Assembly: GCA_002269645.1 (NCBI GenBank)
Contig: NIVC01002119.1
Coordinates: 62,001-126,000 of the forward strand
Length of the DNA: 64,000 nt
Direction: 5' to 3'
Source: Macrostomum lignano
Taxonomy: Eukaryota
The notes beneath the pieces are model-generated. The model was not told the origin of the DNA, made no database searches, and worked only from the letters and a program-made list of their open reading frames with translations. Shown here in pieces: positions 34,262 through 46,097 of this stretch. The translations under genes were made by a program, and so were the position numbers. Position 1 is the stretch's first letter; every line of letters begins with the position of its first letter.

Positions 34262-36197
34262 AATACACCATTTTACCCTCGATTTTGAACAAGGAGAACT
34301 TCGAAACTGACAAACTCCTCTTCAATATTGACACTCTATGGTCGGGCACTCAAAATCTACAATCAATATTGACAGATCAAGCTTCATTTTTGACAAACTC
34401 TGGTTCAATTTTGACAATGCACGTTTAGTCAGCTTCTCCTGGGAGAATTCGGTAACAAATTAATCCAATTAAAGCCTGAACGGGGCTGAAGTGAGCTGTG
34501 CAAAATCAGCTTATTCTGACTTTGCTTTTTGGATCTACAAGTATTGATAAAATTTATTTTTCTCTATCCTTTACACACACACACACTAAAATAGCCTGAC
34601 TGGTTGGGCTGTAAAGTCTGATTCTATTTTGACAGAGTTGCTTCAAAACTGACACTCTATGGTTTGTGTACCCAAAAAGTCCGCTTCATTTTTGACAACT
34701 CCGAATCAATATTGAACAGTTAACAATCGATTTTGACTAAGACATTTTTTGAAATAGATTTTGACAATTTTTACTAAGATTTCTCTCTTGAAGGAGGCTG
34801 GATACTTGCTATTTGGAAGAAGGGATACTGGCTGCATGGATCTACGAGTACATGTATGGGAATCTTTCTATCCAGGGATGCTTGCTAGAGTCCCTGCTCT
34901 CTCAAGGGACTCTAACAAAAGGCCGGTCATTTATAACATCCCAAGACAGCAAGCATCACCCAGATAGCAAGCATACCCTAGATAGCAAGCATCCATGCAC
35001 CCAGATAGCAAGCATCCACCCAGATAGCAAGCATACACCCAGATAGCAAGCATCCTGCAGATAGCAAGCATCCATGCACCCAGATAGCAAGCATCCTGCA
35101 GATAGCAAGCATTCCCCAGATAGCAAGCATCCACCCAGATAGCAAGCATACCCTAGATAGCAAGCATACCCTAGATAGCAAGCATACCCTAGATAGCAAG
35201 CATACCCTAGATAGCAAGCATACCCTAGATAGCAAGCATACCCTAGATAGCAAGCATACCCTAGATAGCAAGCATCCATGCATCCAGATAGCAAGAATCC
35301 ACCCAGATAGCAAGCATACCCTAGATAGCAAGCATACCCTAGATAGCAAGCATCCATGCACCCAGATAGCAAGCATCCACCCAGATAGCAAGCATACACC
35401 CAGATAGCAAGCATCCTGCAGATAGCAAGCATCCATGCACCCAGATAGCAAGCATCCTGCAGATAGCAAGCATTCCCCAGATAGCAAGCATCCACCCAGA
35501 TAGCAAGCATACCCTAGATAGCAAGCATACCCTAGATAGCAAGCATACCCTAGATAGCAAGCATACCCTAGATAGCAAGCAAGATTCCCATAGAAAGATT
35601 CCCATACATGTACTCGTAGATCCATGCAGCCAGTACCCCTTCTCCCAAATAGCAAGTATCCAGCCTCCTTCAAGAGAGAAATCTTAGTAAAAATTGTCAA
35701 AATCTATTTCAAAAAATGTCTTAGTCAAAATCGATTGTTAACTGTTCAATATTGATTCGGAGTTGTCAAAAATGAAGCGGACTTTTTGGGTACACAAACC
35801 ATAGAGTGTCAGTTTTGAAGCAACTCTGTCAAAATAGAATCAGACTTTACAGCCCAACCAGTCAGGCTATTTTAGTCTGTGTGTGTAAAGGATAGAGAAA
35901 AATAAATTTTATCAATACTTGTAGATCCAAAAAGCAAAGTCAGAATAAGCTGATTTTGCACAGCTCACTTCAGCCCCGTTCAGGCTTTAATTGGATTAAT
36001 TTGTTACCGAATTCTCCCAGGAGAAGCTGACTAAACGTGCATTGTCAAAATTGAACCAGAGTTTGTCAAAAATGAAGCTTGATCTGTCAATATTGATTGT
36101 AGATTTTGAGTGCCCGACCATAGAGTGTCAATATTGAAGAGGAGTTTGTCAGTTTCGAAGTTCTCCTTGTTCAAAATCGAGGGTAAAATGGTGTATT
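34262..36197. repeat. Long inverted repeat: ~610-bp near-identical arms (34262-34871 and 35590-36197) around a ~720-bp spacer
   Basis: AATACACCATTTTACCCTCGATTTTGAAC... is read back as ...GTTCAAAATCGAGGGTAAAATGGTGTATT. Only a few substitutions and a (CA)n length change were seen by eye. Confidence 0.95.
34938..35583. repeat. Variant-unit minisatellite with core AGATAGCAAGCAT and 5-10 nt linkers, forming the palindrome loop
   Basis: The core recurs ~34 times. The linker order around 34990-35190 repeats around 35350-35550. Confidence 0.93.
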
Positions 36198-36374
36198 TGG
36201 AGATGAAATCTGAAAGCTTTATATCAGGTTAATACATTTTGCAGTGGACACTGGCCTTCAGTGCACGATCTGCGAGCGAAGCGTCCTTCCTATTTTTCTG
36301 TTAAAATCCTGTCACTCACTTTCCCGCAGTCTAAAGTCTAACACAGTTTTTATGCGTTTTTAATTTTCGACAAG

Positions 36375-36806
36375 ATCAAGGAACGCAACCAGGTGGCCAG
36401 GAGCTCCGATCGTGACGATCCGTTCGGCCTTGAGAACGCCGGCTCGAATTTGAACGACAGCACCCTGGTTATTGCGGTGTCGCAGAGCATCCCGCTGCTC
36501 CTGGTCCTGGTGTCGGCCTGCCTCAACCCCGTCTTCTACGGCTGGTTTAACGAGAATTTCCAGAGGGAGTTCCACCGCCTGCTGTGCCTCAACCGGCTGG
36601 CCAGGGCTGGCCCCAAATTTCGCGCCCGGGTTGGCGCCAGCAGTGGCGCCGGTGGCGGGGCCGGCGCCGGGAGCAGAGCCGGAGCCGGCGGCTCAGCTGG
36701 CGAGAAGTCGGGAGACGGCGGCGAGGCGATCCCGCTGAACGCGCTCGAGTCCGCCAGCAGAGCTGCTGCAGCGTCTCCGGCCGATGCAGAAGACCCGGAG
36801 GCCTAG
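36375..36806 (+). CDS. NPFR: NPF/NPY-type GPCR, exon 3 (ECL3, TM7, C-tail)
   Basis: TTTTTAATTTTCGACAAG acceptor, phase 0. LVSACLNPVFYGWFNENFQREF (NPxxY plus helix 8). Stop TAG at 36804-36806. An alternative in-frame acceptor is possible at 36391-36392. Confidence 0.88.
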   Translation: MKERNQVARSSDRDDPFGLENAGSNLNDSTLVIAVSQSIPLLLVLVSACLNPVFYGWFNENFQREFHRLLCLNRLARAGPKFRARVGASSGAGGGAGAGSRAGAGGSAGEKSGDGGEAIPLNALESASRAAAASPADAEDPEA

Positions 36807-37924
36807 CCTGTTGAGCCATTCTTCATCTTGTTCGCCATTTTGCTCTGATGTACTCGAAGTAAAGGAAGCAAACTTTTGAGCTGAATTTTTTGAAGACAAC
36901 TAATTAATAAGAACATTGCGACCAAAATCCACTCCTCATCGACCACCTGGTTCGCTGCTTGAGGGGCTTGACTACTAGTATCATGGATTCAATGTGAAAG
37001 TTGAGACGGACCCTCTGTCGCGCGAATTCGTATTTTATCGGAATTATTCCCGCGTCAAATGCACCACAATGTTACGCATAGAGCACGCGTATTATTATTA
37101 CTGTAGTGTACTTTTTCCGAAGCAACGTCCTGGCAAAACACATCATTGACTCATACTCCTTAACTCTATCACGATATTCATCTTCACTCGATGTCGACCA
37201 TCAATCTCGCTTTTAGTGTTGTCATGTCTGTTGGTTAAACTGCTTCATGTGTTCCTCTCCTTGTAATACTGCCACCTTCAGTCCTTTACTGAAAAAAATT
37301 ACTAATTTCGTAGTGAACTGTTCTCAACAGAGTTTGTTGTGCAATCGGCAGTTGGCACTTAAACCACGTTGCACCTGTCTGTAACCTGAAATTAATTTTG
37401 CCCCCCCCCGTCCATTTCGACTGAGCCGGGGGCCTCAGCAGGTAGGAAATTCCCTTTTTCATTTTTCCTGCTTTTCCTAACTGACAAGCTTAAAAACTGC
37501 GAAAATGGAAATGGGGAGAAATTAAGCGGTGTGACTCGAAACAGCATTGATGGTCACAGGTTATCAATTCTCGACCATCAATTTTCAGCAAATGGTTCAA
37601 GAGTACATTGCCTGCGCGCAATACCTTAAAAGATATTTGCGTACGAGCTATCAGGCGTCTCCTGATATGCAACACACTCGCTTACTCAGTATCTGCTCCC
37701 TGTTTTATATGCCCTATAATAATTTTTGCGTACAAGGCGTGCGTAAATTTTCATTACATGTATTAAGTTTGTGTTATGCATGCATTGTCATGTCTATGTG
37801 CTTGACTTGAGTGTTTTTAATAAGCCGCGACCTAAAAGAGCAAGAATGAGCGAGTCGCGGCTGCGGGATAAAATATAAAGTGCGATCATCACTCGCTTCA
37901 ATTGAACATTAGGGACTTCGCCTT

Positions 37925-40900
37925 TGATGCTGACGATCTAGAAGAGTCTATCGAGACTGGAATCTTAGTCATAGAAGAGTCTATCGAGACTGAAATCTTA
38001 GTCATAGAAGAGTCTATCGAGACTGGAATCTTAGTCATAGAAGAGTCTATCGAGACTGAAATCATAGTCATAGAAGAGTCTATCGAGACTGGAATCTTAG
38101 TCATAGAAGAGTCTATCGAGACTGGAATCTTAGTCATAGAAGAGTCTATCGAGACTGGAATCTTAGTCATAGAAGAGTCTATCGAGACTGGAATCTTAGT
38201 CATAGAAGAGTCTATCGAGACTGAAATCATAGTCATAGAAGAGTCTATCGAGACTGGAATCTTAGTCATAGAAGAGTCTATCGAGACTGGAATCTTAGTC
38301 ATAGAAGAGTCTATCGAGACTGAAATCATAGTCATAGAAGAGTCTATCGAGACTGGAATCTTAGTCATAGAAGAGTCTATCGAGACTGGAATCTTAGTCA
38401 TAGAAGAGTCTATCGAGACTGGAATCATCATAGAAGAGTCTATCGAGACTGGAATCATAGTCATAGAAGAGTCTATCGAGACTGAAATCTTAGTCATAGA
38501 AGAGTCTATCGAGACGGGAATCTTAGTCACAGAAGAGTCTATCGAGACTGGAATCTTAGTCATAGAAGAGTCTATCGAGACTGGAATCTTAGTCACAGAA
38601 GAGTCTATCGAGACGGGAATCTTAGTCATAGAAGAGTCTATCGAGACTGGAATCTTAGTCACAGAAGAGTCTATCGAGACGGGAATCTTAGTCACAGAAG
38701 AGTCTATCGAGACTGAAATCATAGTCATAGAAGAGTCTATCGAGACTGGAATCTTAGTCACAGAAGAGTCTATCGAGACTGGAATCTTAGTCATAGAAGA
38801 GTCTATCGAGACTGGAATCATAGTCATAGAAGAGTCTATCGAGACTGGAATCATAGTCATAGAAGAGTCTATCGAGACTGGAATCATAGTCATAGAAGAG
38901 TCTATCGAGACTGGAATCATCATAGAAGAGTCTATCGAGACTGGAATCATAGTCATAGAAGAGTCTATCGAGACTGGAATCATAGTCATAGAAGAGTCTA
39001 TCGAGACTGAAATCATCATAGAAGAGTCTATCGAGACTGGAATCATAGTCATAGAAGAGTCTATCGAGACTGAAATCATAGTCATAGAAGAGTCTATCGA
39101 GACTGGAATCATAGTCACAGAAGAGTCTATCGAGACGGGAATCTTAGTCACAGAAGAGTCTATCGAGACTGAAATCATAGTCATAGAAGAGTCTATCGAG
39201 ACTGGAATCTTAGTCACAGAAGAGTCTATCGAGACTGGAATCTTAGTCATAGAAGAGTCTATCGAGACGGGAATCTTAGTCACAGAAGAGTCTATCGAGA
39301 CGGGAATCTTAGTCATAGAAGAGTCTATCGAGACTGGAATCTTAGTCACAGAAGAGTCTATCGAGACGGGAATCTTAGTCACAGAAGAGTCTATCGAGAC
39401 TGAAATCATAGTCATAGAAGAGTCTATCGAGACTGGAATCTTAGTCACAGAAGAGTCTATCGAGACTGGAATCTTAGTCATAGAAGAGTCTATCGAGACT
39501 GGAATCTTAGTCACAGAAGAGTCTATCGAGACGGGAATCTTAGTCATAGAAGAGTCTATCGAGACTGAAATCATAGTCATAGAAGAGTCTATCGAGACTG
39601 GAATCTTAGTCACAGAAGAGTCTATCGAGACGGGAATCTTAGTCATAGAAGAGTCTATCGAGACTGAAATCATAGTCATAGAAGAGTCTATCGAGACTGG
39701 AATCTTAGTCATAGAAGAGTCTATCGAGACTGGAATCTTAGTCATAGAAGAGTCTATCGAGACTGAAATCATAGTCATAGAAGAGTCTATCGAGACTGGA
39801 ATCATAGTCATAGAAGAGTCTATCGAGACTGGAATCATAGTCATAGAAGAGTCTATCGAGACTGGAATCATCATAGAAGAGTCTATCGAGACTGGAATCA
39901 TAGTCATAGAAGAGTCTATCGAGACTGAAATCATCATAGAAGAGTCTATCGAGACTGAAATCATAGTCATAGAAGAGTCTATCGAGACTGGAATCATAGT
40001 CATAGAAGAGTCTATCGAGACTGAAATCATAGTCATAGAAGAGTCTATCGAGACTGGAATCTTAGTCATAGAAGAGTCTATCGAGACTGGAATCATAGTC
40101 ATAGAAGAGTCTATCGAGACTGAAATCATAGTCATAGAAGAGTCTATCGAGACTGGAATCATAGTCATAGAAGAGTCTATCGAGACTGAAATCATCATAA
40201 AAGAGTCTATCGAGACTGAAATCATAGTCATAGAAGAGTCTATCGAGACTGAAATCATCATAGAAGAGTCTATCGAGACTGAAATCATAGTCATAGAAGA
40301 GTCTATCGAGACTGAAATCATCATAGAAGAGTCTATCGAGACTGAAATCATAGTCATAGAAGAGTCTATCGAGACTGAAATCATAGTCATAGAAGAGTCT
40401 ATCGAGACTGAAATCATAGTCATAGAAGAGTCTATCGAGACTGGAATCATAGTCATAGAAGAGTCTATCGAGACTGAAATCATCATAAAAGAGTCTATCG
40501 AGACTGAAATCATAGTCATAGAAGAGTCTATCGAGACTGAAATCATCATAGAAGAGTCTATCGAGACTGAAATCATCATAGAAGAGTCTATCGAGACTGG
40601 AATCTTAGTCATAGAAGAGTCTATTGAGACTGAAATCATAGTCATAGAAGAGTCTATCGAGACTGGAATCTTAGTCATAGAAGAGTCTATCGAGACTGAA
40701 ATCATAGTCATAGAAGAGTCTATCGAGACTGGAATCATAGTCATAGAAGAGTCTATCGAGACTGAAATCTTAGTCATAGAAGAGTCTATCGAGACTGAAA
40801 TCATAGTCATAGAAGAGTCTATCGAGACTGGAATCTTAGTCATAGAAGAGTCTATCGAGACTGAAATCATACTCATAGAAGAGTCTATCGAGACTGAAAT

Positions 40901-42250
40901 CATAGTCATAGAAGAGTCTATCGAGACTGAAATCATAGTCATAGAAGAGTCTATCGAGACTGAAATCATAGTCATAGAAGAGTCTATCGAGACTGAAATC
41001 ATAGTCATAGAAGAGTCTATCGAGACTGGAATCTTAGTCATAGAAGAGTCTATCGAGACTGAAATCATAGTCATAGAAGAGTCTATCGAGACTGAAATCA
41101 TAGTCATAGAAGAGTCTATCGAGACTGGAATCATCATAGAAGAGTCTATCGAGACTGAAATCATCATAGAAGAGTCTATCGAGACTGAAATCATAGTCAT
41201 AGAAGAGTCTATCGAGACTGAAATCTTAGTCATAGAAGAGTCTATCGAGACTGGAATCATAGTCATAGAAGAGTCTATCGAGACTGGAATCTTAGTCATA
41301 GAAGAGTCTATCGAGACTGAAATCATAGTCATAGAAGAGTCTATCGAGACTGAAATCATAGTCATAGAAGAGTCTATCGAGACTGAAATCATAGTCATAG
41401 AAGAGTCTATCGAGACTGAAATCATAGTCATAGAAGAGTCTATCGAGACTGAAATCATAGTCATAGAAGAGTCTATCGAGACTGGAATCTTAGTCATAGA
41501 AGAGTCTATCGAGACTGAAATCATAGTCATAGAAGAGTCTATCGAGACTGAAATCATAGTCATAGAAGAGTCTATCGAGACTGGAATCTTAGTCATAGAA
41601 GAGTCTATCGAGACTGAAATCATAGTCATAGAAGAGTCTATCGAGACTGAAATCATAGTCATAGAAGAGTCTATCGAGACTGAAATCTTAGTCATAGAAG
41701 AGTCTATCGAGACTGAAATCATCATAGAAGAGTCTATCGAGACTGGAATCTTAGTCATAGAAGAGTCTATCGAGACTGAAATCATAGTCATAGAAGAGTC
41801 TATCGAGACTGGAATCTTAGTCATAGAAGAGTCTATCGAGACTGGAATCTTAGTCATAGAAGAGTCTATCGAGACTGAAATCATAGTCATAGAAGAGTCT
41901 ATCGAGACTGGAATCTTAGTCATAGAAGAGTCTATCGAGACTGAAATCATAGTCATAGAAGAGTCTATCGAGACTGGAATCTTAGTCATAGAAGAGTCTA
42001 TCGAGACTGAAATCATAGTCATAGAAGAGTCTATCGAGACTGGAATCTTAGTCATAGAAGAGTCTATCGAGACTGGAATCTTAGTCATAGAAGAGTCTAT
42101 CGAGACTGGAATCTTAGTCATAGAAGAGTCTATCGAGACTGGAATCTTAGTCATAGAAGAGTCTATCGAGACTGGAATCATAGTCATAGAAGAGTCTATC
42201 GAGACTGGAATCTTAGTCATAGAAGAGTCTATCGAGACTGGAATCATAGT
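37925..42250. repeat. 33-bp minisatellite (AGAAGAGTCTATCGAGACTG[G/A]AATC[T/A]TAGTCA[T/C]) with 30-bp variants, ~130 copies
   Basis: Direct periodicity. Open on both strands (IEESIETGILV and MTKIPVSIDSS). Confidence 0.97.
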
Positions 42251-42385
42251 CTTTACAGAAGCAGAAGGTATAACATCCCTGTTCATATTAAATGGCTATG
42301 TAGAATAACTTTTTTGGGAAACTTCGTATCAGAAATAATAACAATTTTAGATGCTGTCTGTGAATGCTCTTATGGCTAACTCAGA

Positions 42386-43366
42386 CTGCGACACCCTCAG
42401 CTAGCGACTCTCTCAGCTAGCGACTCCCTCAGCTAGTGACACTCAGCTAGTGACACCCTCAGCTAGCGCCTCCCTCAGCTAGCGACTCCCTCAGCTAGTG
42501 ACACTCAGCTAGTGACACCCTCAGCTAGCGACTCCCTCAGCTAGCGACTCCCTCAGCTAGCGACTCCCTCAGCTAGCGACTCCCTCAGCTAGCGACACCC
42601 TCAGCTAGCGACACCCTCAGCTAGCGACACCCTCAGCTAGCGACACCCTCAGCTAGCGACTCCCTCAGCTAGTGACACCCTCAGCTAGCGACTCCCTCAG
42701 CTAGCGACTCCCTCAGCTAGCGACTCCCTCAGCTAGCGACACCCTCAGCTAGCGACTCTCTCAGCTAGCGACTCCCTCAGCTAGTGACACTCAGCTAGTG
42801 ACACCCTCAGCTAGCGCCTCCCTCAGCTAGCGACTCCCTCAGCTAGTGACACTCAGCTAGTGACACCCTCAGCTAGCGCCTCCCTCAGCTAGCGACTCCC
42901 TCAGCTAGTGACACTCAGCTAGTGACACCCTCAGCTAGCGACTCCCTCAGCTAGCGACTCCCTCAGCTAGCGACTCCCTCAGCTAGCGACTCCCTCAGCT
43001 AGCGACACCCTCAGCTAGCGACACCCTCAGCTAGCGACACCCTCAGCTAGCGACTCCCTCAGCTAGTGACACCCTCAGCTAGCGACTCCCTCAGCTAGCG
43101 ACTCCCTCAGCTAGCGACTCCCTCAGCTAGCGACTCCCTCAGCTAGCGACTCCCTCAGCTAGCGACACCCTCAGCTAGCGACACCCTCAGCTAGCGACAC
43201 CCTCAGCTAGCGACTCCCTCAGCTAGTGACACCCTCAGCTAGCGACTCCCTCAGCTAGCGACTCCCTCAGCTAGCGACTCCCTCAGCTAGCGACTCCCTC
43301 AGCTAGCGACTCCCTCAGCTAGCGACTCCCTCAGCTAGCGACACCCTCAGCTAGCGACACCCTCAG
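42386..43366. repeat. 17-bp minisatellite (CTCAGCTAG[C/T]GAC[T/A]CCC), ~58 copies
   Basis: Direct periodicity. Confidence 0.96.
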
Positions 43367-44585
43367 AAGATTCCTCTTATTGTATCATCTGTAACCGCCA
43401 CATTCTATAAGTGCCACTGGCAGTCCAATACGAGCTGCTAAGTGCTGTTGTGCGATCAATCAAAGACTGCGATTGGGTCGTGTTTGATGACAAGTTAAGA
43501 GAAACATCCAGATAGATCCGAATGGGTGCTCTTGCTTTTGCCTATCCCCAATCTTATAGCTCGTATACCAGTTGAAAACACGCATTTTCTTAGTCCAGGT
43601 GTGTAGTGCACTTGTGCGCGTAAACAAGCATGGTCTCGCGGACTATATATTTGATTTATTATTTAGCCATTGCCGACGTGCGACTACAAAGTTACGCAAT
43701 AGTTGTTGGGGCCAGTGCTAGTGGTAGGTCGAGAGAGAAGAGAAAAGGCCTAGAGGGGGCGTACACTACAAGGTGACTGTCACTCACACTTGGTCAGCAG
43801 CTTTATTTTCATGCAGCCATTTTAGTTAAAAGCTATAGAGTTTGGGGGTTCTTGCCTCGCTTTACATTACAACGTTTAAAGCTGCTTTAATTTGCATGGG
43901 TGCTTGCGCCTGTGCAAACCGGCTTTAGTGATCAGCCCGCCCCTTGCGGTCTCTGTACATCTGTGTGGGGTGGGGGCTGGCCCCCACCCCCTCCGCCTGC
44001 TAGCCTTTTTAGGTGGGCCTCTCACCGCATTTTCTGACTCAAGTCAGCAGCTTTATTCGTCTCTATTTTCATGCAGCCATTTTAGTTGAAAGCTATAGAG
44101 TTTGGGGGTTCTTGCCTCGCTTTACATTACAACGTTTAAAGCTTGTCAAGTTTCATTAAATGTTGTGCACCTGCGAGCAGAAAGACAGAGAAAATGCTAG
44201 CTACCAGTAATTTACCGAACCCAGAGCAAAAGCTGAGACAAATTTATCACGTGACGAATACGAGTTAAAGATAGTTTCAGCTGACAAATATGCATTCGAG
44301 CGGTCAGTGGTTGGCCACGCCAAGCATGCAGCCGTATTTCGTAGTTTTAATAAATTGTTGTGAGGCGCGTGTGTTCGTAATTCAATGCGTGCAATTTGGA
44401 AGAGTGCAGAAAAAGTTGCAGAAACTCTTTTAGCCCGATAGAATTGTTTAAGGGTTTACCAAAAACCTCTACCTGCCTGAACAAAGGTGAACACCAGATT
44501 TGGCATTGAGTCTAGAAATACGAATACTTTGTAGCTTCCCGTGTAAGTCTACCTGTCTATCGCAAATCGTGTACATCAGATCGAA

Positions 44586-46097
44586 ATGACGCACCTGCTG
44601 TCGAGTATTGACAACAAGACGGCCCTCAGCATCGGTCTCCCTGTTGCACTGCTTGGTTGCTACGGGGCCTATCAATGGTACCGGTCAAGAGATCTACCGC
44701 CAGGTCCTATCGGGCTTCCCATCGTTGGTCGATTGCCATGGCTAGATCCGAATCAGTTGCACCTATGCGTCGAACAAATGTCAAAAAAGTACGGCGACGT
44801 GATTTCGTTTCGAATGGGATCCCAGCTAATGGTAGCAGTTTGTAACTATGACCTCCTAAAGAAGATGCTGAATGACGACACCTTTACTGGAAAACCGAAT
44901 GCGCCATTCCTCAAGCGTGTGACTGAAGGATGTGGAATATTCCTTTCCGAGGGAGAAATGTGGACTCAACAGCGTCGGCTTGCTCTGAAGAGTCTACGAG
45001 ACTTCGGATTCGCTAGAACTCGGTCTGCTGAGATGGTTGACGTTCAGCTTGACATCATCTTCCAGCTTCTTGAGAAATCCATCGAGGAGAAGCAGAGCCT
45101 GCGAGTTCTCGAAGCTTTCACAGAGGCAACGAACGGGGTCATCGCGCAACTCACTCTCAACCGACGCTTCAGAAGAGATGAGAAGGAATTCGAGTTTTTT
45201 AATACAGCACTCAAAACCTTTTTTGACACCCCAGTGGTTGTTAATCTGCCGCTGTTCTTTCCATGGATGAATATTTTTGTTCAACTAATGCCAGCAACAA
45301 ATATTTTTACAAACCTAATGCTGAAACTGCACGTGTTCATACGTGAGCAGATCCGGATTCGGGAGTCCATCTTGATCGACGATTCGATGGAGCCGGAGTG
45401 TCTTTGCGACGTGTACATCCAAGAAAAGAGAAAGGCCGAAAAAATTGGCGACTTTGAAACGTTTCGAGAACTTCAGATCGTCAGAGTTGTTCTGGAGTTC
45501 TTCCTGGCTGGAACTGACACTACTGCGCGTTCTTTAGAGTGGCTCTTCATATTGATGTCAATGCACCCGGCCATCCAGAAGAAGGTGCACAGCGAGCTTG
45601 ACAAAGAGGTTGGCTCGGACAGACGCACCCAGACGTCAGATAAGCCCAGCCTGAACTTTAACACTGCTGTCATTGAGGAGGCTTACCGGTTTCTCTCTCT
45701 CGCCGCTGTCGGAGCTTTCCATCGCGCACAGAGCGAAGCCGTCTTCCATGGATACAGAATTCCCAAGGATACGATCATCATACCCTGCGTGTATGCTTCC
45801 AACCACGATCCTCGAGTCTGGGCGAAGCCGGACGAGTTTTATCCTGAGCACTTCCTCGACCAGAAGGGAGTCTTCACTGGCCCAGGCAAGAACGTTCCTT
45901 TTCTCATTGGTCGACGAGCTTGCGCAGGAGAGGGTCTGGCTCGGATGGAGGTGTTCCTCATGTTCACCGCCATCATGCAGCGCTACCGGGTCTCCCTGGC
46001 TCCGGAATTCGTCGGCAGAGAAGCTGAGATTCTCAAAGGATCTCTTGGGATACTGCGAAAGCCAGGGGAGCACAAACTTGTTTTCGAACGGCGATGA
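44586..46097 (+). CDS. Cytochrome P450, CYP2 clan, intronless, 503 aa (copy A)
   Basis: N-terminal membrane anchor, PPGP hinge, WxxxRR helix C, FFLAGTDTT (helix I), EEAYR (ExxR), PDEFYPEHF, and heme motif PFLIGRRACAGEGLA. Confidence 0.96.
   Translation: MTHLLSSIDNKTALSIGLPVALLGCYGAYQWYRSRDLPPGPIGLPIVGRLPWLDPNQLHLCVEQMSKKYGDVISFRMGSQLMVAVCNYDLLKKMLNDDTFTGKPNAPFLKRVTEGCGIFLSEGEMWTQQRRLALKSLRDFGFARTRSAEMVDVQLDIIFQLLEKSIEEKQSLRVLEAFTEATNGVIAQLTLNRRFRRDEKEFEFFNTALKTFFDTPVVVNLPLFFPWMNIFVQLMPATNIFTNLMLKLHVFIREQIRIRESILIDDSMEPECLCDVYIQEKRKAEKIGDFETFRELQIVRVVLEFFLAGTDTTARSLEWLFILMSMHPAIQKKVHSELDKEVGSDRRTQTSDKPSLNFNTAVIEEAYRFLSLAAVGAFHRAQSEAVFHGYRIPKDTIIIPCVYASNHDPRVWAKPDEFYPEHFLDQKGVFTGPGKNVPFLIGRRACAGEGLARMEVFLMFTAIMQRYRVSLAPEFVGREAEILKGSLGILRKPGEHKLVFERR

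Noticed and set aside
34938-35583. CRISPR-like look: constant AGATAGCAAGCAT core with variable linkers
   Set aside because: The core is only 13 nt, the linkers are 5-10 nt and drawn from about six recurring variants, there are no cas genes, and the context is a eukaryotic intron. It is a variant-unit minisatellite.
36330-36374. TTCCCGCAG at 36329 as the GPCR exon 3 acceptor
   Set aside because: All three frames hit a stop within ~35 nt. The acceptor at 36374 keeps phase 0.
43793-44143. ~90-bp direct repeat flanking ~160 bp as a mini LTR element (TRIM)
   Set aside because: No TG...CA ends, primer-binding site, polypurine tract or target-site duplication was seen. It is more likely a local duplication.
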